This document shows, piece by piece, positions 43,614-53,634 of a stretch of 64,000 bases of DNA. The notes beneath the pieces were generated by a model that saw only the letters and a list, made by a program, of their open reading frames with translations, was not told where the DNA came from and made no database searches. The first letter of the stretch is position 1. Each line of letters starts with the position of its first letter. Origin of the DNA: Phycisphaeraceae bacterium (lineage in GTDB: Bacteria; Planctomycetota; Phycisphaerae; Phycisphaerales; Phycisphaeraceae); NCBI GenBank assembly GCA_963674705.1, contig OY771506.1, positions 3,744,001 through 3,808,000 of the forward strand. Reading direction: 5' to 3'. The translations under genes were made by a program, and so were the position numbers.

Positions 43614-44312
43614 CGGGCTGGGCAGGACGATGGTTTGGCCGTTGGTGAATTCTTGTTCACCGGTGATGCAGTCGCAGATGACTTCGGCGACGGATTCGGG
43701 GGTGAGTGTCTTGTCTTTGGGGATCATTGATTCATCGAACATCGATCGGAGCATCGGCGTTTCAACGGCGCCGGGGGCGACGGCTAGGGCTTTGACGTTG
43801 ATCGGCTCGCCTTCGCGTGCGGTGCATTGGGTGAACATGTTCAGGCCGATCTTGGAGGCGGCGTACGTCGCGAAGCCGGGGAACGGATCGATGCTGGCCA
43901 TGGACGAGATGTTGACGATCATGCCGGCGTTCTGTTCTTTAAACGTCGGCCAGACGGCGTTAGTCAGCATGACGGCGGCGCTGAGATTGATATCGATCGT
44001 CTTACGCCAGTGCTCGAGTGTAACCTCCTCGATCGGCAACACCTCGGCATAGCCTGCGGCATGCACCAGCACGTCGATTCTACCGAAGCTGGCGATCACA
44101 TCTTCGATCAACATCGTTACCGCATCGGGATCGGCGACGTCGGCGGGGTAGACGAAGGTATCACCTTCGACGGACTCGGCGGTCTGCTCCAGCATCTCGC
44201 GACGGCGTGAAACGAGTACGACACAGTAACCATCGAAACCGAGTCGCTGCGCGACCGCACGCCCGATGCCGCTGCCTGCCCCGGTCACGATTGCGATCTT
44301 GTTTTCAGACAT
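43611..44312 (-). CDS. SDR family oxidoreductase
   Basis: TGAGSGIG; NISS; YAASK; PGAVETPM. Confidence 0.93.
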   Translation of the reverse strand: MSENKIAIVTGAGSGIGRAVAQRLGFDGYCVVLVSRRREMLEQTAESVEGDTFVYPADVADPDAVTMLIEDVIASFGRIDVLVHAAGYAEVLPIEEVTLEHWRKTIDINLSAAVMLTNAVWPTFKEQNAGMIVNISSMASIDPFPGFATYAASKIGLNMFTQCTAREGEPINVKALAVAPGAVETPMLRSMFDESMIPKDKTLTPESVAEVICDCITGEQEFTNGQTIVLPSP

Positions 44313-44475
44313 GGTGAGTCGCCTGTTCTTTTCATCTGATTAACCGGTCACGATAAGGCACAAAATACACAATGGGGCCTTGTCTTGCGATTATCGTATG
44401 CATAGAGCGGGCTGCATTCACTTCTTTTGGGCTGAAAAATGAGAAACCTGCAATCTTGCTGCCTACGATCCGAGC

Positions 44476-45168
44476 ATGATTCAACAAGGCCCAGGCTCGT
44501 TTCCGTTGTTTAAACTGCGTGGCATCCAGGTCAGTGTGCATTGGACCTGGTTCATTGCGGCACTGGTTCTGTACAGAATGTCCGGGCAGGTCAATCCCGC
44601 GTGGTTCATGTTGAGTTATCTCACGCTGTTCGGGATCGTGTTGATGCACGAATTCGGCCATGCGTTTGCGTGCCGATCGGTGGGAGGCAAGGCCGGTGAC
44701 ATCGTGCTCTGGCCGCTGGGAGGTGTGGCATTCGTGCAGCCGCCACCACGTCCCGGGGCGCTGCTGTGGTCGATCGCGGCGGGACCGCTGGTCAACGTCG
44801 TGCTTGTGCCGATCACGATCGGATTGTTTGTTGGGTTCATGTATCTTGTCCCGGATGGTCAGTACCAAGGCCTGGAGATGTACCTCTACATCGTTGCCTG
44901 GACGAACATTGTTTTGCTGGTTTTTAACATCATGCCAGTCTACCCGCTTGACGGCGGGCAGATGCTTCAGGCGATCCTGTGGTACTTCATGGGCCGATCC
45001 AGGAGCCTGCGCGTGGCGGCAACGGTGGGCATCATTATGGCCGTTGTTGTCGGCGGGCTGGCGCTGATGATACAAGATTACTGGATGGTGCTGATCGCGA
45101 TCTTCGTAGGCATGCAGGCGTGGCGAGGCTTAACGATCGCACGCATGCTGGCGATGCATGGACAGTGA
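44476..45168 (+). CDS. Site-2 protease (M50 family)
   Basis: HEFGH; AGPLVN; FNIMPVYPLDGG. Confidence 0.92.
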   Translation: MIQQGPGSFPLFKLRGIQVSVHWTWFIAALVLYRMSGQVNPAWFMLSYLTLFGIVLMHEFGHAFACRSVGGKAGDIVLWPLGGVAFVQPPPRPGALLWSIAAGPLVNVVLVPITIGLFVGFMYLVPDGQYQGLEMYLYIVAWTNIVLLVFNIMPVYPLDGGQMLQAILWYFMGRSRSLRVAATVGIIMAVVVGGLALMIQDYWMVLIAIFVGMQAWRGLTIARMLAMHGQ

Positions 45169-45171
45169 GAA

Positions 45172-45255
45172 AAAGCAGGAAAGCAGGAAATTGGGAAAGC
45201 ATGAAATAAAATCCGGCTAATGGCTAATGGCTAATGGCTAATGGCTAATGGCTAA
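45172..45255. repeat. Octamer array (AAAGCAGG x about 4) followed by heptamer array (GGCTAAT x about 6)
   Basis: Directly visible; the heptamers supply the last codons and stop of mqnE. Confidence 0.9.
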
Positions 45256-46398
45256 ATCTTCCGCCACATGCCAATCCGCGCCGTTGCGTTCGATGGGGCG
45301 GTACAACGTGTCACGCTCAACAGGTTCGTAGCCGGCTTCAATGATGGCACGGCGGAGGTCGTTGACGCTGACTTCCTGATGTGTGCCGCCGGATTCGTTG
45401 TCTGACCCGCTTAGTTTGGTGATGTCGTACCAGACGACGGTGCCGTCGATGTCGTTGACGCCGAAGTCGAGCGAGACTTGGGCCATGGGCAGCGTCTGCA
45501 TGATCCAGAAGGCTTTGATGTGGTCGAAGTTGTCGAGCATGAGCCTGCTGACGGCGAGCATGCGCAGATTATCCAGGCCGCTTGGCCCGGGCAGGTGTTC
45601 GAGTTCGGAGCCGTCGGGGAAGAACGGCAGGGGGATCAGCGTTTGGAACCTGCCTGCATGATTGTGTTGTAGCGCTTCATCCTGGGCTTCGCGGAGCATG
45701 CAGAAGTGGTGGGCGCGGTCCTCGATGGATTCGATGTGGCCGTAGAGCATGGTGGCGTTGGTCATCAGACCGAGCTTGTGGGCTTCGCGATGCACATCGA
45801 GCCATTTGTCGCTGCGGATCTTGCCCTTGAACGCTTCATCATGGACGCGATCGTCGAATACTTCAGCGCCGCCGCCGGGCAGCGAACCAAGGCCGGCTTC
45901 CTTGAGGTCAGTCAACACGCCGGCCAAATCCCGGGGGCGTTTACTGATCTTGGCGAGGTGGACGATCTCCACAGCAGTGAATGCCTTGATATGGATCTTC
46001 GGTGCCGCTTCGCGGATCGCGCGCAGCATGTCCGTGTAGTACTCGAACGGTAAGTAGGGGTGCAGCCCGCCGACGATATGCAGTTCGGTCGCACCGGCGG
46101 CAGAGGCTTCGACCGCTTGTTTGGCAACATCCTCGACCGACATTTCATACGCGCCGTCTTCGCCCTTCTTGCGGTAGAACTCGCAGAACTTGCAGGAAAG
46201 CGCGCAGATGTTGGAGTAGTTGATGTGGCGGTTGACGTTGTAGTAGGTGGTTTTGCCGTGCTTCTGGTGGCGGACGCGGTTCGCAAGCTCGCCGATCGTC
46301 CAGATATCTCGCGAACGCAGCATGGTCAGCGCGTCTTCATAGCTGAGACGCTCACCAGCGTTCACCTTCGCGGCAATGGGTTTTAGTAGCTGATCCAT
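45238..46398 (-). CDS. mqnE: Radical SAM aminofutalosine synthase MqnE (CofH/MqnC family)
   Basis: NRHINYSNICALSCKFC; ELHIVGGLHP; HIKAFTAVEI; PGGGAEVF; TMLYGHIE; HIKAFWIM; DIDGTV. Confidence 0.85.
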   Translation of the reverse strand: MDQLLKPIAAKVNAGERLSYEDALTMLRSRDIWTIGELANRVRHQKHGKTTYYNVNRHINYSNICALSCKFCEFYRKKGEDGAYEMSVEDVAKQAVEASAAGATELHIVGGLHPYLPFEYYTDMLRAIREAAPKIHIKAFTAVEIVHLAKISKRPRDLAGVLTDLKEAGLGSLPGGGAEVFDDRVHDEAFKGKIRSDKWLDVHREAHKLGLMTNATMLYGHIESIEDRAHHFCMLREAQDEALQHNHAGRFQTLIPLPFFPDGSELEHLPGPSGLDNLRMLAVSRLMLDNFDHIKAFWIMQTLPMAQVSLDFGVNDIDGTVVWYDITKLSGSDNESGGTHQEVSVNDLRRAIIEAGYEPVERDTLYRPIERNGADWHVAEDLAISH

Positions 46399-46442
46399 AG
46401 GCAGGATCATAGACCTGAGATCGATGGCGGGCAATCCCCACA

Positions 46443-47549
46443 CTATGGGCTCTTCTGTTGCTTGGATTCTCTGATCGCCTGCTGGATTTCTTCGGACAAC
46501 GGAGCGAGGTCGGTGACGATATCGGTTTCGTCAAGGACTTTGAGTAAGGTTTGGCTGGTGAGGATGGCTTTGAGGATGTCGGCGGTCTCGCCGTTTTCGA
46601 GTGTGTCGCAGAGTGCTTCGTCTTCACGGAGCATTTTCAGCGCTTCCTGCACGGAGGGACGGTCTTCGACACGTTTCATGGCAGGATGCTTGAGGAATTT
46701 ATCGCGCGTCACCGGATCGTTCACGACGGTCATGCTGTCGGAAAGCATCGCCAGGAATTCGGTTTGGCTAAGCGGATTGGTCGAGTCGACCAGGTCGCCG
46801 ATCGCGCTGTCGTGGGTTTTCTGGGCGGACGAGACGATCCATGTGGAGACGGGATTGGCCTTTGCTTCGCCGGTTTGCGCTAAACTTATCGCGGCCAGCG
46901 GCTCGAGTGCCAGCAGCGCCCAGACTGCCAGGCAGACGAGGAATACGCCTTCGACAAGGCCAAGCCCCGCTCCAACCAGGCGGTCATAGGATTTCCATCG
47001 CTCAGCCTTCTTGAATTTGCGCTTGATCAGGACCTGCAGGGCGGTGGTGACAAGAAGGAAAACGAGAAGCGAACAGATGCCGATGCTGATCGCGCGGTTG
47101 AGCAAGCCGCCGCTGCCCAACAGGTCGGCAAAGATGCCTTCCATCGCTTTGCCCGCGGGGATGCCGACGAGTGTGCCTGCGATCAGGCCGCCGAGCAGAG
47201 CACCGATTTTCGCTGCGCCGATGAGGTAGCCGTTGATGATGCCCAGCGCGATGAAGAGGGCGAAGATGAACAGGATGCCGTCACCGAACAGGTATGACCC
47301 GATCAGTGCGAGGCCGAGGACGAAGAGCCCAATGCGAGGGGATAGCAGGAAACCGAGTGGCAGTCGGCGTTTTGTCTTTTCTGTTGTGGCAGGTTCTACC
47401 GGCGCTGGAGCATGTGCGGTCTGCTGCTTCTGTCGCTGCTGTTCGTAGCAGGCCATGCAGTAATAGCGACCCCGCGCGTCCTTGGTTCGTGGACGATTAG
47501 AGCAATCCTCGCCGCAGATGACACAGATTTTTGGCATACGGTTGTTCAC
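46443..47549 (-). CDS. CvpA-family membrane protein with N-terminal zinc finger
   Basis: CVIC..CMAC; G...G TM motif; DRLVGAGLGLVEG CvpA signature. Confidence 0.75.
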   Translation of the reverse strand: MNNRMPKICVICGEDCSNRPRTKDARGRYYCMACYEQQRQKQQTAHAPAPVEPATTEKTKRRLPLGFLLSPRIGLFVLGLALIGSYLFGDGILFIFALFIALGIINGYLIGAAKIGALLGGLIAGTLVGIPAGKAMEGIFADLLGSGGLLNRAISIGICSLLVFLLVTTALQVLIKRKFKKAERWKSYDRLVGAGLGLVEGVFLVCLAVWALLALEPLAAISLAQTGEAKANPVSTWIVSSAQKTHDSAIGDLVDSTNPLSQTEFLAMLSDSMTVVNDPVTRDKFLKHPAMKRVEDRPSVQEALKMLREDEALCDTLENGETADILKAILTSQTLLKVLDETDIVTDLAPLSEEIQQAIRESKQQKSP

Positions 47550-47562
47550 TAATATTACGTCT

Positions 47563-48708
47563 TCATGGTACGTGCATAATCTGCGGAAAGGTTAATTCGT
47601 ATGTTTCGTGATTGATCGGTCTGCCGATTGCGACAACGGGGCTGCGGCCTTTGGCAACCAGAGCGATCTGGTCCTTCTCGACGTTATAGATACAAATCTG
47701 ATCATCTCCCAGTTGGAAAATGATTGTGTTACGGTTGATCTGCGTTGCACAGCGAACAGGCCATGATACGACAGGTGTCTCAAGGCTACGATGGATTCTT
47801 TCATCTGTGTCTGTATTTTTCGCGGAAAACCCCTCGATCGGCCAGAAACCAACATAGAAAGACCAGGGACTATCCTTTGCGGCCTTCATTTGCGCGACTG
47901 GTCCAAAACTGAACCATGTGCCTTGGATATACTCTGCGCCACGATTGTCATCCCATTGTGAATTGATCGCGGCGTCGAGTGCGAAGTCTTTCTTGACCGT
48001 TATCCATGTAAAATCACGTGTATTGGCACCCATCAATTGTGCCATCAGGTCAACGCCATCTGGATTGGCTTTGGAGGGAAGAACAGTCAGGTAATCGCCG
48101 TAGATGTTGTTGACCGAATTCAGGTCATAGACGAGTGTGTCGCTGCTTACATTCAATAGTCTTGTATAGACATCACCGTCATTGGCATCGATATAGTAAA
48201 GATGCATATCTTCAGGCAGACCAAATTCTTCCAGTGCAACCACGGTGGGTCCCGTGTACAGGGAAGTGCCACTGGCTGAATAGAAACAGGAGAACATGCA
48301 GATATACGACACCGTTTGTGTCAGCAGTGTGCCCTTGATTGCTTTGCTGAACCACTTCGGAGCACCTGCAAATGTGAGCATGATGAAAGGTAGTTCCGCC
48401 AGAAGCGTGATGCCGAAGGTTGTCAGTATGGCAATTGTGAACAGCTTTTGGATATCGTTGATGTCTGGCGAGGGGACCAGCGCTACCAGGCCGTGTTTCA
48501 GAAACTGCATTCCAAGCCAGGCAGACAAGTAGTTGGCCAGGATCAGCAGGATGATTGATCTGCCCGGTTTTGCTTTGAAAAGCCAGAACAGGATTACGCC
48601 TTCGAGCAGGCCGATGATCGCGTTACCGAAGGCCATGTACAACATGCCGGCCCACATCAGCGGTGTGCCGGCGTTGGCGAGGGTCGGCGTCAGAAAGTGG
48701 TCGATCAC
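47563..48708 (-). CDS. Hypothetical protein: N-terminal TM bundle plus a periplasmic beta domain
   Basis: ANAGTPLMW..GNAIIGLLEG; start uncertain. Confidence 0.65.
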   Translation of the reverse strand: MIDHFLTPTLANAGTPLMWAGMLYMAFGNAIIGLLEGVILFWLFKAKPGRSIILLILANYLSAWLGMQFLKHGLVALVPSPDINDIQKLFTIAILTTFGITLLAELPFIMLTFAGAPKWFSKAIKGTLLTQTVSYICMFSCFYSASGTSLYTGPTVVALEEFGLPEDMHLYYIDANDGDVYTRLLNVSSDTLVYDLNSVNNIYGDYLTVLPSKANPDGVDLMAQLMGANTRDFTWITVKKDFALDAAINSQWDDNRGAEYIQGTWFSFGPVAQMKAAKDSPWSFYVGFWPIEGFSAKNTDTDERIHRSLETPVVSWPVRCATQINRNTIIFQLGDDQICIYNVEKDQIALVAKGRSPVVAIGRPINHETYELTFPQIMHVP

Positions 48709-48810
48709 GAGGGTGTCCCCAAGAATCAAAGAATGTAATGGGTATTCTACCCGATCGAAGTGGCTGAATGCTGCTAGACCCCGAACCCTGGACCCCATAC
48801 CCTATTCCCT

Positions 48811-49194
48811 ATGCAGATCATCGGACACGGCATCGATATCGTGGAATCGGCCCGGGTGGCGAAGATGGTGGAGGACCATCAGGACCGCTTCCTCAAGCGC
48901 TGCTTCACGCAGGGGGAGCTGGATTACGTTGCAGCCAACCCGATGCGGCAGGCGGAGCACCTGGCGGGGCGGTTCGCGGCCAAGGAGGCGATCCTCAAGG
49001 TGCTGGGCACTGGTTGGAGCAACGGGATCGCCTGGACCGATGCTGAAGTAGTGCGGGAACCATCCGGCAAGCCGGGCGTCCTATTGCACGGCCGATGTAC
49101 CGAGATAGCGGCTGAACTGGGGATCACCCAGTGGCACCTGAGCATCAGCCACTCCGGCGGGTACGCGACAGCCAGTGCGATCGGCGTTGGTTAA
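48811..49194 (+). CDS. acpS: Holo-[acyl-carrier-protein] synthase
   Basis: GHGIDIVE; AGRFAAKEA; GKP; LSISHS. Confidence 0.95.
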   Translation: MQIIGHGIDIVESARVAKMVEDHQDRFLKRCFTQGELDYVAANPMRQAEHLAGRFAAKEAILKVLGTGWSNGIAWTDAEVVREPSGKPGVLLHGRCTEIAAELGITQWHLSISHSGGYATASAIGVG

Positions 49195-49252
49195 TTTACA
49201 TCACCGTTTGCTGTAACCTGACCCTAGACCCCAGACCCCATATAATCCCCAC

Positions 49253-49969
49253 ATGAGCAGACGCCGGGACAACACGCCGCCATTTGAGATCATGGGCAGC
49301 CGGAGCAAGCCCAGCCAGGCTTCTGGCGGTGGCTCGCGGCCGACATCAGCCTTCGGGGCGGGGATTGGCGGGGTGATCAAGTCGATCACGGATGCCTGGC
49401 ACAGGTCTGCCAGCGAGCCGTTGACGCTGCGGGTGCCGCGTGGGATGGCCTTGGCGCTGATCGGGGGGCTGCTGGGGCTGCTGATCCTGTCCTACTGGGT
49501 GGGCTACGGCCGGGGGCATTCGGCGATGAAGAAGGAATTCGAGCAGATTTACCCGTCTGATTATGCTGAAGGCGGATATGCACCGCCGGATCGGGGCTCG
49601 GAAGGGGGCGTGGGGACTCAGAATCAGGGATCGGGGGACCAGAGCATCAATTCCAAGCTCCAGGATCCCAGGCGGTTGGATTTTAATTACCTGTGCGTGG
49701 CCCGGTATCCGCAGAGGGAGGCAGAGCGGCTCAAACGCTTCCTGGAGGGGCGTGGAGTTGAAGTATTTGTCACTCCTAGTAATAATGAGGGGCTCTGCCA
49801 GGTGATTGTCCTGAAAGGCTTCAAAGCCGATGAGGCGGACGCCAGGGAGCGATTCCGGGCAGAGTGCTTGGCCCTTGGCCGAGAATGGAAGGCGTTCAAC
49901 AACGGCCGGGGGGATGACCTGAGCACGATGTACTTCGATAAATTCGAAGAAGATGATGTCCCGCATTGA
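49253..49969 (+). CDS. Bitopic membrane protein with SPOR-like C-terminal domain
   Basis: Single TM, low-complexity linker, beta-alpha-beta-beta-alpha pattern; TATAAT at 49241. Confidence 0.6.
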   Translation: MSRRRDNTPPFEIMGSRSKPSQASGGGSRPTSAFGAGIGGVIKSITDAWHRSASEPLTLRVPRGMALALIGGLLGLLILSYWVGYGRGHSAMKKEFEQIYPSDYAEGGYAPPDRGSEGGVGTQNQGSGDQSINSKLQDPRRLDFNYLCVARYPQREAERLKRFLEGRGVEVFVTPSNNEGLCQVIVLKGFKADEADARERFRAECLALGREWKAFNNGRGDDLSTMYFDKFEEDDVPH

Positions 49970-50011
49970 ATAGCAAACTGAACAGAAGATACCCCAGCCC
50001 CTGAGACTACC

Positions 50012-50218
50012 ATGAGCATCGACCGCAGCCTCAAGACAGCCGGCAACCTGAACCGCCACCGTAACGTCCTGACCCGTGACGAGCGTATCGCCAAGCTCGC
50101 GGCCAAGGGACAGTTCGATAAGGATCAAAGCGATCCCCTGGGCCTGCCCAAGGTCGGCAACCGCAAGGTTGTTGCCGGTGGTAAGAGCAAGAAGAAGAAG
50201 ACCGACGAAGCGGAATAA
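50012..50218 (+). CDS. PVC-superphylum signature small basic protein
   Basis: MSIDRSL..RHRNVLTR.ERI..L..PLGLPKV, Lys-rich tail. Confidence 0.9.
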   Translation: MSIDRSLKTAGNLNRHRNVLTRDERIAKLAAKGQFDKDQSDPLGLPKVGNRKVVAGGKSKKKKTDEAE

Positions 50219-50337
50219 CAAGTAATCTCTTCGGCCGGTGAGGTCGGTGGATTGCTGTAGATATCGCGCGGTCCTGTCGGTGTATTTTTGTTTAATGACT
50301 TTGTTCATTCACGCCTCACAAAGGGCGTTCATCTACC

Positions 50338-51495
50338 ATGTTTGACCCCAGCCGCTTTGTCGCCGACCGCACCCGCGCGGTGGACGCTTCGGGTATCCGC
50401 AAAGTCTTTGACCTTGCCGCGACGCTCGAAGACCCGATCGATCTGTCCATCGGCCAGCCCGACTTCGATGTCCCTGACCAGATCAAGAAAGCTGCGATCA
50501 ACGCGATCGAACAGGGTTTCAACAAGTACACCCAGACGCAAGGCATCGCGCCGCTGGTCGCTCAGATCAAGGACAAGCTGGCGCATCGCTATCCCAATCT
50601 CGGTGACGACTACGGCCTGCTGGTGACCTCGGGTGTGTCCGGGGCGCTGGCGCTGCTGATGGCGTCGTGCGTCCAGCCGGGCGATGAGGTGCTGATCCCC
50701 GATCCGTACTTCATGATGTACAAACACCTCGTGAAGCTGGCCGGCGGCAAGCCGGTGTTCGTCGATACATATCCCGACTTCCAACTGCGCCCCGAGCGGA
50801 TCGAGCCGTTGATTAACGAACGGACGAAGATGCTGTTCTTCAATTCGCCGTCGAACCCGACCGGCGTGGTGGCGACACCCGAAGTATGTAAACAAGTCGC
50901 AGACATTGCGGACAAGCACGGCATCCTGCTGATAACGGACGAGATCTACGACGAGTTCTGTTACGAGAAGGTGGACGACCCGAACCATCCGGGTGAAAAG
51001 ATTGTGCCTTCGCCTTTGGATTACAATCGCAATGCGCTGTTGATGAAGGGTTATTCCAAGAGCTACGCGATGACGGGCTGGCGGCTGGGGTATGTCGCCG
51101 GGCCGAAAGAAGTCGTAGCAGCGATGGCGAAGCTGCAGCAGTATTCGTTCGTCTGCGCGCCGTCGGTGACGCAGGCGGCGGGGGCGATCGCGTTCGGCGT
51201 GGATGTGTCCGACCTGGTCGAGCAGTACCGTAAGAAGCGTGATTACGTCGTCGAACGGCTAAGCGGCCATTATGAACTGACCACGCCGGGCGGCGCGTTC
51301 TACGCCTTCCCGAAGGTGCCGGATAAACTCGGCCTCAGCGGCACCGACTTCGTCAAACGAGCGATCGAAAAGAGCCTGCTGGTCATCCCCGGCGGCGTCT
51401 TCAGCGAACGCGACACCCACTTCCGACTCAGCTACGCCTGCGATGACAAACGGCTCGAGCGCGGGTTGGATGTGTTGGTGGAACTGGCGAAGTAA
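50338..51495 (+). CDS. Class I/II PLP aminotransferase (aspartate aminotransferase-like)
   Basis: IGQPDF; NSPSNPTG; DEIY; SKSYAMTGWRLGY. Confidence 0.92.
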   Translation: MFDPSRFVADRTRAVDASGIRKVFDLAATLEDPIDLSIGQPDFDVPDQIKKAAINAIEQGFNKYTQTQGIAPLVAQIKDKLAHRYPNLGDDYGLLVTSGVSGALALLMASCVQPGDEVLIPDPYFMMYKHLVKLAGGKPVFVDTYPDFQLRPERIEPLINERTKMLFFNSPSNPTGVVATPEVCKQVADIADKHGILLITDEIYDEFCYEKVDDPNHPGEKIVPSPLDYNRNALLMKGYSKSYAMTGWRLGYVAGPKEVVAAMAKLQQYSFVCAPSVTQAAGAIAFGVDVSDLVEQYRKKRDYVVERLSGHYELTTPGGAFYAFPKVPDKLGLSGTDFVKRAIEKSLLVIPGGVFSERDTHFRLSYACDDKRLERGLDVLVELAK

Positions 51496-51520
51496 CAAGT
51501 CCTAATCAGTGCCTGTATTC

Positions 51521-51639
51521 CTCCCTCTCCCCGCGGGAGAGGGCCGTGGTGAGGGCCAGATTGCTTATGTTTTCTTGTTAAGTTTGATAGCACAATCAAT
51601 CCGGCCCTCATCCTAATCTTCTCCCAGGGGGAGAAGGGA
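51521..51639. repeat. Inverted pair of family A REPs (REPIN-like)
   Basis: Copies at 51521-51557 and 51601-51639 in opposite orientation with an AT-rich spacer of about 43 bp. Confidence 0.8.
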
Positions 51640-51683
51640 CCGGAACAGTCTTGCATTGTTTACGCACTTGCTGACTGTTCATA

Positions 51684-52706
51684 TCAAAGCAGCACTGTCG
51701 TCGTAGCCGCAGGTAGATGAACCATCGCGCCGCTTGTCGTGCGTAGGATGAGGCCGAGGTTGGGATCGAGGTCGGCGACTTCACCGGTGTATTCGCGGCC
51801 GTCGGAGAGCAGACGCAGGTGCTGGCCGATGAGGGTGCTGCGCTGTCGCCATTGATCGAGCAATGTATCGGGGGGTACCGCGTCGAGGGCGTAATCCATC
51901 TCTTTCATCAATCGGCCGAGTACTGCGAGGCGGTCGGCGTGGATGTTCTGAATCGCGAGGCTGGTGATACGTGAGGGCAGTGCGGGATCGTTCGGGTCGT
52001 CGGGCAGATGTTTAGCGAGCAGGTTGATGTTCAGGCCGACGCCGATGATGGCAAAATGCTCCCGGAGGTTTCCTAGACCATTGCTCTGGACAACTTCGAC
52101 GAGTATACCCGCGATCTTCTTGCCATCGACCTGGATATCGTTGGGCCACTTGATCTGCGAGCGTAAGCCACGAGTTGAAAGCCAGTGATCGATCGTTTGT
52201 GCGATGGCGATGCTGGTCGCGAAGGTCAGGCGGTTGATGGCCTGTTCATCGTTGGGCGAGGTGGTTTTGGCGATCCGGCTGAAGGTCAGGCACGTGCCGG
52301 CGGGGGCGTGCCAGCGTCTACCGAGTCGGCCTCGACCTGCGGTCTGCTTATCCGCGATGATCAGGGCTTTGTCGGCTGAAGTCGGGTGATGCGAGATCAA
52401 ACGCCGGGCGGCGTCCTGCGTGCTGGCGGTCTGTTGGTAGACCTCGATGGTTCGTGTTTGCCGGGAGCAGGATTGCAGGTAGTCCGCCCAGCATCCGAGC
52501 CCTGCTTGAATAAGGCGTATGCCGTGCTGGGGATTGATGTCCAGCTTGCAGCCGGCTTGTCTTAGGCGCTGCAATTCAGCGGGCAAGTTCGCGGTATCAC
52601 TAAGGCCTGCAGTATCGGCCAGTGTATGCGCGGACAGATGCGTTTCGGCTGCGAGTAACGCATGAAGCAGATCGGTATTGATGATGGGGGCGGATGGGCC
52701 TGGCAT
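51684..52706 (-). CDS. birA: Biotin--[acetyl-CoA carboxylase] ligase with N-terminal HTH-like domain
   Basis: STQD; QTAGRGRLGRRW; KWPND; KIAGILVE; GVGLN. Confidence 0.92.
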   Translation of the reverse strand: MPGPSAPIINTDLLHALLAAETHLSAHTLADTAGLSDTANLPAELQRLRQAGCKLDINPQHGIRLIQAGLGCWADYLQSCSRQTRTIEVYQQTASTQDAARRLISHHPTSADKALIIADKQTAGRGRLGRRWHAPAGTCLTFSRIAKTTSPNDEQAINRLTFATSIAIAQTIDHWLSTRGLRSQIKWPNDIQVDGKKIAGILVEVVQSNGLGNLREHFAIIGVGLNINLLAKHLPDDPNDPALPSRITSLAIQNIHADRLAVLGRLMKEMDYALDAVPPDTLLDQWRQRSTLIGQHLRLLSDGREYTGEVADLDPNLGLILRTTSGAMVHLPAATTTVLL

Positions 52707-52716
52707 GGTATTGGGT

Positions 52717-53616
52717 TTAGTTGATGTCCAGTCCCAGGTCCAGTGCGGGGGCGGAGTGGGTGAGTGCGCCGACGGAGATGCGGTCCACGCCGGTCTGCGC
52801 GATACCGCGAATGGTTTGCAGGTTGATACCGCCGCTGGCTTCGAGTTCGACTTTGGGAGCAAGCCGATCACGCATCGCGACAGCCTCGGTCAATTGCTCG
52901 TTTGTCATGTTATCCAGCAGGACCAGGTCGACGCCGGTTGGCAGGACCTGTTCGAGTTGAACAAGTGTGTCGACTTCGATCATGATGAACTTCAGGTCGG
53001 GGTATTTATCCCGGCAACGCTTGCACGCTTCGGTAACCTTTGGGCCCAAGCCATCAGCGTCGATGTGTGCCAGGTGATTGTCTTTAAGTAGCACCGCGTC
53101 GTAGAGACCCATACGGTGTGTCGTGCCGCCGCCACAAGCTACAGCGTATTTTTGCAGGCCGCGCAGGCCGGGCAGGGTTTTGCGGGTGTCGTAGACTTTG
53201 GCGCGCGTACCTTTGACCTGTTCGACGTATTGCCAGGTCAGTGAGGCGATGCCGGACAGGTGGGTGATCAGGTTTAGCGCGACACGCTCGACGGTCAGGA
53301 TGCTTTGCAATGGGCCGGAAAGCGTGGCGACAGCTTGGCCGGGCTGGATCGGTTGTCCATCCTGGGTGTGGACTTTTACTTTGACCGTGTCGCCATAGAT
53401 TTGCACGACGGCCGGCAGCAGGACGACGCCGGCGAGTCGGCCGGGCTTACGTGTGACGATCCGGGCCTTACCCATCTGGTCCGCGGGGACGAACATTGTG
53501 CTGGTGACATCGATGTGCTGCGGGCCGAGGTCTTCTTCACGGGCGCGGCGGATCAGGTCGGCCACATCGTCTGCCGTGACGAAGTCATTCAGGTTGGGTG
53601 GTTTCGTTTTGGGCAA
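52717..53616 (-). CDS. nadC: Quinolinate phosphoribosyltransferase
   Basis: DTRKTLPG; HRMGLYD; KDNH; EVD; LLDNM; EASGG; ISVGALTHS. Confidence 0.96.
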   Translation of the reverse strand: MPKTKPPNLNDFVTADDVADLIRRAREEDLGPQHIDVTSTMFVPADQMGKARIVTRKPGRLAGVVLLPAVVQIYGDTVKVKVHTQDGQPIQPGQAVATLSGPLQSILTVERVALNLITHLSGIASLTWQYVEQVKGTRAKVYDTRKTLPGLRGLQKYAVACGGGTTHRMGLYDAVLLKDNHLAHIDADGLGPKVTEACKRCRDKYPDLKFIMIEVDTLVQLEQVLPTGVDLVLLDNMTNEQLTEAVAMRDRLAPKVELEASGGINLQTIRGIAQTGVDRISVGALTHSAPALDLGLDIN

Positions 53617-53634
53617 GGTTTTGGCTGGGGTTTA

